Part shown: positions 18,604-26,866 of the stretch, in pieces | Position numbering within the stretch: position 1 is the first letter of the stretch | How the letters are laid out: each line of letters begins with the position of its first letter | Assembly: GCA_050015075.1 (NCBI GenBank) | Contig: JBEKCB010000002.1 | Span: 128,001 to 192,000, forward strand | Origin: Candidatus Brocadiia bacterium | Lineage (GTDB): Bacteria; Planctomycetota; Brocadiia; CAIUPP01 | Length of the DNA: 64,000 nt | Reading direction: 5' to 3' | Made by a program: the position numbers and the translations under genes | Notes under the pieces: model-generated | The model's input: only the letters and a program-made list of their open reading frames with translations | Told to the model about the DNA's origin: nothing | Database searches by the model: none

Positions 18604-18631
18604 ACGCGTCTAACGAACTATTGACGGGAAA
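18604..18631 (+). repeat. 28-bp direct repeat copy B (attC-left-half-like)
   Basis: ACGCGTCTAACGAACTATTGACGGGAAA, containing RYYYAAC (GTCTAAC). Sits at the right boundary of the low-GC islet. Confidence 0.55.
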
Positions 18632-18663
18632 GAACCGCTTTTCATTTTCTACGGGAGATTCGG

Positions 18664-20697
18664 ATGCAGTACGCTATGCTTGGAAAGACCGGCCTGCGCG
18701 TTTCGCGCCTCGGCTTCGGCTGCATGCGCTTCCCGATGCGCGGGGAGCGCGTGGACCGCGAGCTGACCATTCCCCTGCTCCGCCGCGCCGTCGAGCTCGG
18801 CGTCAACTACTTCGACTCGGCGGTGGGCTATTGCAACCAGGAGAGCCAGCGCGTCATCGGCGAGGCGTTCGAGGGGATGCGCGACCGCGTGATCCTCTCC
18901 ACCAAGAACCCGTTCTACAACAAGAAGGACGAGAAAACCTGGTGGACGAACCTGGAGAATTCGCTGGAGCGCCTCCGCACCAACCACATTGACGTCTATC
19001 ACTTCCACGGGCTGAACTGGAAGGCGTTCCAGGAGCACGTGGACGGGCCCGACGGGCAGCTCCGGTGGATGCAGCGCGCGAAGGACGACGGGCGAATCCG
19101 CCACATCAGCTTCAGTTTCCACGATACGGCGGAGAACCTGAAGAAGCTCGCCGCCACGGGCTATTTCGAGTCCGTCACGCTCCAGTACAACCTCCTCGAC
19201 CGCTCGAACGAGCCGGCGTTCGAGTTCGTGGCCGACAAGTGCGGGATGGGCATTGTGGTCATGGGACCGGTCGGCGGCGGCCGGCTCGGCGGAGAGTCCG
19301 AGGAAATCCGCCGGATGATCCCGGGCGCGCGGAGCGTGCCGGAGGTCGCCCTGCGCTTCGTCCTGTCGAACCCGCACGTCACCGTCGCGCTCTCGGGCAT
19401 GTCCGACCTGCGCCAGCTCGAGGAGAACGTCCCGGTCGCGTCGCACAGGACGGCGCTCTCGGCCGGCGAGAAGCGCCGCGTCCTCTCGACGATGGGCCGG
19501 TTCAAGAAGCTCGCGGAGCTCTACTGCACCGGCTGCCGCTACTGCATGCCCTGCCCTTACGGCGTGGACATCCCCGGCAACTTCTCAGCGCTGAACCTGC
19601 AGCGGGTGTACGGTCTCAAGGAAGAGGCGCGGCGGGCCTACGCGCGCCTGTCCAGCCAGGGCCGGTACTGCATGGCGTGCGGCGCCTGCAAGTCCAAGTG
19701 CCCGCAGAAGATTGACATCGTCCGGCAACTGAAGGAGGGCGTGCGCACGCTCGACGAGGCTTACGGGCATCTCTTCGCGCGCATTCTGCCCACGGACCTG
19801 GTGAAACTGCGCGCCGGTTCCCGCAAATGGTCGGCGACCCTCGCGGGGAAACTCGACTTGCTCAACATGAGCGATAACCCGGCCGAGGCCGCGGTGTCCT
19901 TCAAGGATTCCGACGCCGTCCGCATCGTTCCGTCCGAGAGCGCGGCTGAGCTCGATTCCTTCAAGCGCAAGGTCGTCCGGCTGGAAATCGCATGCAGCGG
20001 CGGCCCGTTCTCAGGCCTTGTGGACACCGGCGCAACGGTCAAGTCGGGCAGCACGGTGGACCTGATCGGCAGGAGTTTTCACGTCGCCTTTGCGGCGCCG
20101 GCCGGCAAATCGGGCGCGCGGGCCGCGCAGCGCGGCGTGCCGATCCGGCTGGGCCTGCGGGAGCAGTTGTCGAAGGGAGCGAGCCGCATCCTCGACCACA
20201 ACAGCGCCGTCTGCCGGTTCGCTCACGACGACAAGGCGCTCTATTTTTCGGCCGCGGTGAAGAGCGATCTCCATGCGCCGGCCTCGAAGGACCGGCGGCC
20301 CGGCCAGACCGACCGCGTGACGCTCTGGATTGACGCCCGCCCGTCCGACCAGGCCGGCCGGCCCGGGCGCAGCAACAAGTTCTACGAAATCGGCTTCCTC
20401 GCGCCGGGTGACGACGCGGCGCCTTCGGTGCGGGTTTTCCAACCCTGGGGCGCGCCCGAGGACCTGGCCACCTGCAAGTCCCGCCGCATCCCGGGCGGAT
20501 ACGCCATCGAAGCCGTCCTGCCCTGGGCGCGGTTCGAGATCCCGAAGGCGAAGCGAAAACGGCTTGCCATCCAGGTCAGCCTGATCGGCCACAACCGTCT
20601 CGGCAAGCCGGCCGCCGAACTCCACTGGACCGGCGGCGACGCGGCGCATAAGCTGGAGCGGTACGGGCATCTCTTCATGTCAACTGGCGAACGTTAA
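18664..20697 (+). CDS. Aldo/keto reductase with 4Fe-4S dicluster and C-terminal CBM9-like domain
   Basis: LGKTGLRVSRLGFGCMRF, NYFDSAVGY, CTGCRYCMPCP and CMACGACKSKCP. Tail has DDKALYFSAAVKSD, DRVTLWID and GYAIEAVLPW. Confidence 0.85.
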   Translation: MQYAMLGKTGLRVSRLGFGCMRFPMRGERVDRELTIPLLRRAVELGVNYFDSAVGYCNQESQRVIGEAFEGMRDRVILSTKNPFYNKKDEKTWWTNLENSLERLRTNHIDVYHFHGLNWKAFQEHVDGPDGQLRWMQRAKDDGRIRHISFSFHDTAENLKKLAATGYFESVTLQYNLLDRSNEPAFEFVADKCGMGIVVMGPVGGGRLGGESEEIRRMIPGARSVPEVALRFVLSNPHVTVALSGMSDLRQLEENVPVASHRTALSAGEKRRVLSTMGRFKKLAELYCTGCRYCMPCPYGVDIPGNFSALNLQRVYGLKEEARRAYARLSSQGRYCMACGACKSKCPQKIDIVRQLKEGVRTLDEAYGHLFARILPTDLVKLRAGSRKWSATLAGKLDLLNMSDNPAEAAVSFKDSDAVRIVPSESAAELDSFKRKVVRLEIACSGGPFSGLVDTGATVKSGSTVDLIGRSFHVAFAAPAGKSGARAAQRGVPIRLGLREQLSKGASRILDHNSAVCRFAHDDKALYFSAAVKSDLHAPASKDRRPGQTDRVTLWIDARPSDQAGRPGRSNKFYEIGFLAPGDDAAPSVRVFQPWGAPEDLATCKSRRIPGGYAIEAVLPWARFEIPKAKRKRLAIQVSLIGHNRLGKPAAELHWTGGDAAHKLERYGHLFMSTGER

Positions 20698-20734
20698 AGG
20701 CCTGTGGCGACCGGCTGGTCCGGGAGAGGAAATC

Positions 20735-21295
20735 ATGAAGACGAAGCTCGGCGCCCTCAACTGCCTCTATCCGCTGCCCACCGTGCTCGCGGGCGCCAAC
20801 GTGGGAGGCAAGCCCAATTTCATCACCATGGCCCACGTCGGGATCATGGATCTGGGCTCCGTTTCCATGGGCATGAGCAAGGGCCACCACACCAACGCCG
20901 GCATCAAGGCGAACAAGACGTTCAGCATCAACATCCCGTCCGTCGCCCTCGTGAAGGAGACGGACTACTGCGGACTCGTCTCCGGGCGCGACGCCGATAA
21001 GGCAAAGCTCTTTGACGTTTTCTACGGCGCGCTTCGGACCGCGCCGATGATCCGGCAGTGTCCGATCTGCATGGAATGCCGGCTGATCCAGATCGTAGAT
21101 TTTCCGAAGCACGACGTCTTCGTGGGCGAGGTGGTGGAGACCTGGGCGGATGAGGCGGTCCTGACCGCCGGCAAGGTGGACCTGGCCAAAGTGCAGCCGT
21201 TCCTCTTCGACATGCCCAGCGGAGGATACTGGAAGCTCGGCGAGCGCTTCGCCGGGGCGTGGCAGGCGGGAAAAGAACTCAAGGAGAAGCCATGA
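20735..21295 (+). CDS. Flavin reductase family protein (flavoredoxin-like)
   Basis: LYPLPTVL, KPNFITMA, DYCGLVSG, APMIRQCPICMEC and HDVFVGEV. Confidence 0.9.
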   Translation: MKTKLGALNCLYPLPTVLAGANVGGKPNFITMAHVGIMDLGSVSMGMSKGHHTNAGIKANKTFSINIPSVALVKETDYCGLVSGRDADKAKLFDVFYGALRTAPMIRQCPICMECRLIQIVDFPKHDVFVGEVVETWADEAVLTAGKVDLAKVQPFLFDMPSGGYWKLGERFAGAWQAGKELKEKP

Positions 21296-21792
21296 AAACC
21301 ATATTGGCGCGCCGAAGCATTCGCCGGTACACGTCCGAACCGGTCGAGGACAAACTGGTTCACGACCTGCTGGAAGCGGCGATGGCCGCGCCTTCGGCGG
21401 GAGACGAGCGCCCATGGGAGTTCATCGTCCTGCGCGACCGAGCGGCGCTCGACGCGATTCCGGCCATTCATCCGTACGCGCAGATGGCTAGGGAAGCGCA
21501 GGTGGCCATCGTGGTCTGCGGCGACCTGGAGAAGCAGAAGTACGAGGGGTTCTGGGTCCAGGATTGCTCGGCCGCCACGGAGAACCTGCTCCTCGCCGTC
21601 ACCGACGCGGGGCTGGGCGCGGTCTGGTGCGGGATCTACCCGCTGGATGAGCGCGTTGAGGCGTTTCGAAAGCTCCTGGGAACGCCGCCCCATATCGTGC
21701 CCTTCGCGCTCGTCCCGATCGGCCGGCCGGCGGAAAAGAAAGGGCCGGCCCGGCGATACGACGCTGCGCGCGTGCATCAGGATAAATGGTAG
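21292..21792 (+). CDS. Nitroreductase family protein
   Basis: RRSIRRY, AAPSAGDERPWEF and QDCSAATENLLLA...GLGAVW. ATGA overlap with the upstream gene. Confidence 0.92.
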   Translation: MKTILARRSIRRYTSEPVEDKLVHDLLEAAMAAPSAGDERPWEFIVLRDRAALDAIPAIHPYAQMAREAQVAIVVCGDLEKQKYEGFWVQDCSAATENLLLAVTDAGLGAVWCGIYPLDERVEAFRKLLGTPPHIVPFALVPIGRPAEKKGPARRYDAARVHQDKW

Positions 21793-21828
21793 AAGGTTGT
21801 TCGAGACGGGCGGCCGCCGAAGAATTGC

Positions 21829-21857
21829 TTGACGCGGGTGAGGTCAGTGCTCACAAT
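21829..21857 (+). promoter_or_regulatory. Sigma70-type promoter TTGACG-N17-CACAAT
   Basis: Exact 17-bp spacing, about 200 nt upstream of ATG 22064. Confidence 0.65.
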
Positions 21858-22063
21858 ATGAGTTGCACGTCTGCAGCTTGACGACATGGGCCACCGCTCG
21901 CGGCCTTTGCGCCGTGAGAAGGAACCTATGCAGAAAGGAGGAGGCCCGATACAGGATGAACAGATCCGCAGGAGACGGTCCACACGAGAACGCGGCAAGC
22001 AGGGACGATAAAGCATAGGTGTCATTGGAACTGTCGGCGTGTGAACGCCGAACTGGAGGAGAG

Positions 22064-23293
22064 ATGAAGAGCACAAATCGCGTGATCGGCGCCGCATTGG
22101 CGGCACTGGTCCTGGCCGGCGCGCCCCGCATCTTCGCGCAGGATTGGCCTCAGTGGCGCGGCCCTGACCGGAACGACAAGGTGACAGGGTTCACCGCGCC
22201 CCAGACATGGCCGAAGGAGCTGACGCTGAAGTGGAAAGCGACGGTCGGCCCGGGCGACGCAACGCCGGCGCTGGTGGGCGACAAGCTTTACGTCTTTTCG
22301 CGACAGGGCGGCGATGAAGTCACCACCTGTTTCGCCGTCGCCACCGGAAAGCCGCTGTGGGAGAACAAGTACGCGGCGAAAGCGGTGACCGGACCGGCCG
22401 CCCGGCATCCGGGCCCCAGAGGCTCGCCCGCGGTCGCGGAGGGAAAGGTCGTCACGCTCGGCGCGGATGGGACCCTCTCCTGCCTGGACGCCGCGTCCGG
22501 CAAAGAGTTATGGCGCAAGGACGAGTTCCCCGGCGTCGTGCCCAAATTCTTCACGGGCATGTCGCCCGTCATCGTGGATGGAATGGCCATCGCGTATCTG
22601 GGCGGCCCGGGCAATGGCGCGATCATGGCGCTCGACGCGACCTCCGGCGACGTGAAGTGGAAGTGGGATGGCGCGGGCCCGGACTATGGGTCGCCGGTCG
22701 TGATGACGGCATGCGGCGTGAAGCAGCTCGTGACGCTGACCGAGAAAAGCCTGGTCGGGATCGCGCTGTCCGATGGGAAACTCCTGTGGCAGGTCCCGTT
22801 CCCGATCCAGGGAATGGCCTACAACGCCGCCACGCCGATCGTGGACGGCGACATGGTGATCTACACCGGCCAGAACCGCGGCACCAAAGCCGTGAAAATC
22901 GAAAAGCAGGGTGACGTCTTTACCGCCAAAGAGGTTTGGAGCAACCCGGACGTCAGCGTGCAGTTCAACACGCCCGTGCTCAACGGCGGCCTGCTCTTCG
23001 GCCTGTCCGACAAGGGCACGTTCTTCTGCCTGGACGCCAAGACCGGCAAGACGGACTGGGTTGACACGACCAAGCGCGGCGGGAACTTCGCGGCCATTCT
23101 CGACGCCGGCTCGGTGATCCTCGCCCTGCCCAGCACCTCCGAACTGATTGCCTTCAAGCCCAGCGACAAGGGTTACGACGAACTCGCGAAGATCAAGGTC
23201 GCCGAGACGCCGACCTACGCGCATCCGGTGATCGCGGGGAACAGGATTTTCGTGAAGGACCAGGACACGGTGGCGATGTTGACGATCGAGTGA
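22064..23293 (+). CDS. Secreted PQQ-like/BamB-like beta-propeller protein
   Basis: Signal peptide then QDWPQWRGPDRN, repeated LDAxxG..W blades, and TYAHPVIAGNRIFVKD. Confidence 0.88.
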   Translation: MKSTNRVIGAALAALVLAGAPRIFAQDWPQWRGPDRNDKVTGFTAPQTWPKELTLKWKATVGPGDATPALVGDKLYVFSRQGGDEVTTCFAVATGKPLWENKYAAKAVTGPAARHPGPRGSPAVAEGKVVTLGADGTLSCLDAASGKELWRKDEFPGVVPKFFTGMSPVIVDGMAIAYLGGPGNGAIMALDATSGDVKWKWDGAGPDYGSPVVMTACGVKQLVTLTEKSLVGIALSDGKLLWQVPFPIQGMAYNAATPIVDGDMVIYTGQNRGTKAVKIEKQGDVFTAKEVWSNPDVSVQFNTPVLNGGLLFGLSDKGTFFCLDAKTGKTDWVDTTKRGGNFAAILDAGSVILALPSTSELIAFKPSDKGYDELAKIKVAETPTYAHPVIAGNRIFVKDQDTVAMLTIE

Positions 23294-23327
23294 GAAGCCG
23301 TGTTCGATATGCCCGAGCCTGTCCGAT

Positions 23328-23368
23328 GGGAACGGCACGCCCTTCAAACGGACGTGCCGTCCCTTTTT
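23328..23368 (+). terminator. Hairpin plus T-tract between the two propeller genes
   Basis: GGGAACGGCACG...CGTGCCGTCCC followed by TTTTT. Confidence 0.5.
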
Positions 23369-23379
23369 CAGGAGAGACC

Positions 23380-24708
23380 ATGCCCGCCCGATCGGATGCC
23401 GCGAATGCGGGCGGCAGTCGGCGGCTGCGCCGGCTGACGGTAACGCCGCTGCTGGCGGCTGCGCTGTTCTCCGGCGCGGCCATGGGCGCCGCGAACTCCA
23501 ATGACGCCGGCTCGTTCAAGGATAACTGGCCGCGGTTTCGAGGCCCGGACGGGACGGGCGTCGTGAAGTCGGGCGACTGGCCGACGAAATGGGACGCCGA
23601 GACCGGCGAGAACGTCCTCTGGAAGACGGCGGTCCCGCTGCCGGGCAACAGCTCGCCGTTGCTCTGGGGCAACCGGGTTTTCCTCACCGGCGCGGACGCG
23701 GACCGGCAGGAAGTGCTGTGCTTCGAGCGCAGCTCCGGAAAGCTGCTCTGGAGGACGGCGGCGGCGGCGCCGCGGGGCGACGCCGCGCATGGCGACATCA
23801 AGGTCCTGCCGGAGACCGGCTATGCCTCGCCGACGCCCGCGACGGACGGCAGGCGGGTCTATGCGACATACGCCGGCAGCGACATCGCGGCAGTGGACTT
23901 CAACGGCAAGGTCGTCTGGTCGCGGAACCTGGGCAAGCCGGAAAGCCCGTACGGGCGCGCGAGTTCCCTGCTCGTCTATAAGGATAAGGTGATCGTCCAG
24001 TTCGACCGCGGCGCGGAGCCGGCGGACGGCCTGTCCGCCCTCCTGGCGCTGGACGCGAAGACCGGGAAGACCGTATGGAGCGCGCCGCGGCCCGTGCGAA
24101 GCTGCTGGTGCACGCCCATTCTGGTCCCCGTCGGAGAACGCATCGAGGTGGTGGCCAACGGCAGTCCATGGATCATGGCCTGCGACCCGGAGACCGGCAG
24201 GGAGTTGTGGCGCTGCGCCGGCATGGCGGACGACGTGGCGTGCTCGCCCACGTTCGCGGCGGGGCTGATCTTCGTCACGAACGAGAACGCGAAGGTGCTC
24301 GCGATCCGCCCCGGCGGCGCGGGCGACGTGACGCGAACGAACGTCGCATGGAGCGCCGAGGACGGCATGTCCGACGCGGCAAGCCCAGTCGCCGACGACA
24401 AGTTCTTCCTCCAGGCGACCACCGGCGGCCGGGTTACGTGCTACGGCGTCAGGAGCGGCAAGCTGCTCTGGGACCAACTGCTCGGCTGCGCGTTCTACGC
24501 TTCGCCGACCCTCGCCGGCAACCGGGTCTATCTGCCGGGCGGCGACGGCAAAGTCTACATTCTCGAACTCGCGGATAAACCCGATCTCGTGGCGGCGTGC
24601 AACCTGGGCGAGCCGCTGCTCGCGACGCCGGCCTTCGGAGACGGCTGCATTTACTTCCGAGGCAAGACGAGCCTGTTCTGCGTCGGCTCGAGTACAAAGA
24701 CGCGATGA
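23380..24708 (+). CDS. Secreted PQQ-like/BamB-like beta-propeller protein
   Basis: NWPRFRGPDGTG, NVLWKTAVPLPGNSSP, YASPTPATDG and FYASP. Confidence 0.88.
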   Translation: MPARSDAANAGGSRRLRRLTVTPLLAAALFSGAAMGAANSNDAGSFKDNWPRFRGPDGTGVVKSGDWPTKWDAETGENVLWKTAVPLPGNSSPLLWGNRVFLTGADADRQEVLCFERSSGKLLWRTAAAAPRGDAAHGDIKVLPETGYASPTPATDGRRVYATYAGSDIAAVDFNGKVVWSRNLGKPESPYGRASSLLVYKDKVIVQFDRGAEPADGLSALLALDAKTGKTVWSAPRPVRSCWCTPILVPVGERIEVVANGSPWIMACDPETGRELWRCAGMADDVACSPTFAAGLIFVTNENAKVLAIRPGGAGDVTRTNVAWSAEDGMSDAASPVADDKFFLQATTGGRVTCYGVRSGKLLWDQLLGCAFYASPTLAGNRVYLPGGDGKVYILELADKPDLVAACNLGEPLLATPAFGDGCIYFRGKTSLFCVGSSTKTR

Positions 24709-24743
24709 CGAATCCCGGCATGGTTCCTGTGAAAGGCGCTTAG

Positions 24744-26126
24744 ATGAAACCGAAATCAACGCGAAGCGCGCGGACGGCGGCTCATGGCGATACGTCCTGG
24801 TTGGTCCACGACCGCTTCGGCCTGTTCATCCACTGGGGCCTGTACGCCCTGCCCGCGCGGCACGAGTGGGTGCGCCACAACGAGCAGATTCCCCATGAGG
24901 AGTACGAGAAGTACTTCAAGCGCTTCGACCCGGACCTGTACGATCCGAAGCTCTGGGCGCAGACGGCCTCGCAGGCGGGGATGAAATACTTCGTCGTTAC
25001 CACCAAGCACCACGAGGGCTTCTGCCTCTGGGACAGCAAGCTGACCGACTACAAGGCCCCAAACACGCCCGCCGGAAGGGACCTGCTGCGGCCGATGGTC
25101 GAGGCGTTCCGGCGGGAAAATCTCCGGGTCGGGTTTTACCATTCGCTGATTGACTGGCACCATCCGCAGTATGTCCTCGACCCGCATATCGGTCCCTACC
25201 GCGCGCATGCGGACCGCGAGAAGATGAACCGGGGCCGCGATCAGAGGAAGTACGCCGCCTATCTGCACGGGCAAGTCAGGGAGCTGCTCACGCAGTTCGG
25301 CAAGGTGGACGTCATGTGGTTCGACTTCAGCTACCCCAAGCCCGACGGCAGCGGCAAAGGGCGCGAGGACTGGCAGAGCGAAAAACTCGTCCAACTGGTG
25401 CGAAAGCTCCAGCCCAGGGTCGTCCTGAACGATCGCCTCGACCTGCCCGCGGCCTGGGACATCAAGACCGCCGAGCAGACCCAGCCGCGCGGATGGCTGA
25501 CGGTCGCCGGCAAGCGGGTGACGTGGGAAGCCTGCCAGACCTTCTCCGGCTCCTGGGGCTACCACCGCGACGAGAGTTCATGGCGCAGCACGGACGAGTT
25601 GATCCGCACGGTGATTGACTGCGTGAGCAAAGGCGGCAACCTGCTCCTGAACGTCGGCCCCACCGCTCGCGGGGAATTCGACGAGCGGGCGATGGATCGC
25701 CTGCAGGGCATCGGCCAATGGATGAAGCGCCACAGCCGCAGCATCTACGGCTGCACCCAAGCGCCCGAGGAATTCGTTTGTCCGAAGAATTGCTCGCTCA
25801 CTTACAATCCGGAGAAGAAGCGCCTTTACGTACACGTGCTGGCGTGGCCCTACAAGCACCTGCATCTCATCGGAAAGGCCTATGTCGAGCGCGTGGAGTA
25901 CGCCCAGTTGCTCAACGATGCCAGCGAGATTCGGACCGGCCTGGACAGTTGGCATGCCACCCAGATCGGCGAGGCCGACGAAACGCCCGTGCTCAATCCC
26001 GCCGACACGGCGGACGCCGACGGCCGCAAGGGACAGATCGGCTCGACCCATTACGCGCTCGTGCTCAACCTGCCGGCGCAGAAGCCGAATGTGGCCGTGC
26101 CGGTGATCGAACTGTTCCTGAAATAG
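24744..26126 (+). CDS. Alpha-L-fucosidase (GH29)
   Basis: RFGLFIHWGLY, TTKHHEGFCLWD, SLIDWHHP, MWFDF and GGNLLLNVGP. Confidence 0.95.
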   Translation: MKPKSTRSARTAAHGDTSWLVHDRFGLFIHWGLYALPARHEWVRHNEQIPHEEYEKYFKRFDPDLYDPKLWAQTASQAGMKYFVVTTKHHEGFCLWDSKLTDYKAPNTPAGRDLLRPMVEAFRRENLRVGFYHSLIDWHHPQYVLDPHIGPYRAHADREKMNRGRDQRKYAAYLHGQVRELLTQFGKVDVMWFDFSYPKPDGSGKGREDWQSEKLVQLVRKLQPRVVLNDRLDLPAAWDIKTAEQTQPRGWLTVAGKRVTWEACQTFSGSWGYHRDESSWRSTDELIRTVIDCVSKGGNLLLNVGPTARGEFDERAMDRLQGIGQWMKRHSRSIYGCTQAPEEFVCPKNCSLTYNPEKKRLYVHVLAWPYKHLHLIGKAYVERVEYAQLLNDASEIRTGLDSWHATQIGEADETPVLNPADTADADGRKGQIGSTHYALVLNLPAQKPNVAVPVIELFLK

Positions 26127-26158
26127 GCCAGCGGCGGGCGCGGCCGCCGGAACACTGC

Positions 26159-26187
26159 TTGACGGGGGCGGCCTGAGTCGTAAGAAT
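26159..26187 (+). promoter_or_regulatory. Sigma70-type promoter TTGACG-N17-AAGAAT
   Basis: Upstream of the GrpE-like gene, with the same architecture as the other four sites. Confidence 0.6.
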
Positions 26188-26241
26188 AGGACGCGTGCTG
26201 CCGGACCGTTGTGCTGTTCCCTCGAACGCAAATGAAGAGCC

Positions 26242-26862
26242 ATGGAGGCCAGGATGAAGGAACCGAAGAAGTCCACTAAAGGCGCCGCCGCTGTCGGCGG
26301 CAACCGTGTTGCGAAAGCCGAGAGCGCCAAAGCGCCCGCGGTTGAGGTTCGGCGAGAGCCTCCGGCAACGGAAACGCGCCCCGCCGCCGCGCCGATCGCG
26401 AGCGCGCAAGCGCCGGACGCGGCAACGCAGGGAGTCCTGGCGGAATTGGCGGCGCTTCGCCGGATGCTGGAGCGGCTCTCCGCGCCGCCGCCGACGGCCG
26501 ATGCGGCGCTGGAGAGCGGCGTGGATTCCATGCGGCGGTTGCTGACCGAGCTGCTCGAATCGCGCATGGATCCGGTCATCGCGGAGGTCGCGGCCATTCG
26601 CTCCCTGGCCGCCTCCGAAACGAAGGGAAAGGTCCGCTCCGTCGTGGACCGCCTCGACCTGCTCCTGAACGACATGGGAGCAGTCCGGTTCGAGGCGCAG
26701 CGGCTGGATTACTTCGACCCGCTCATCCACCAGGCGCTTGCGGAGCGGCAGGACGCAAATGCGCCCGACCGCGTGGTGCTGGAGACGGTCGTCCCGGGCT
26801 ATCGCACCTGCCGCGGCCGGGTGGTCGCCAAGGCCGGCGTGGCCATCAACCGGAGGGCTTGA
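26242..26862 (+). CDS. GrpE-like nucleotide exchange factor
   Basis: C-terminal FDPLIHQAL...VVLETVVPGYR...VVAKAGVAI matches the GrpE beta domain. N-terminus is low-complexity Ala/Pro/Lys. Confidence 0.75.
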   Translation: MEARMKEPKKSTKGAAAVGGNRVAKAESAKAPAVEVRREPPATETRPAAAPIASAQAPDAATQGVLAELAALRRMLERLSAPPPTADAALESGVDSMRRLLTELLESRMDPVIAEVAAIRSLAASETKGKVRSVVDRLDLLLNDMGAVRFEAQRLDYFDPLIHQALAERQDANAPDRVVLETVVPGYRTCRGRVVAKAGVAINRRA

Positions 26863-26866
26863 CGCG

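Noticed and set aside
24716-24731. Sigma54 promoter before the fucosidase
   Set aside because: CGGCATG-N4-CTGT lacks the conserved GC at -12 and lies too close to the start codon.
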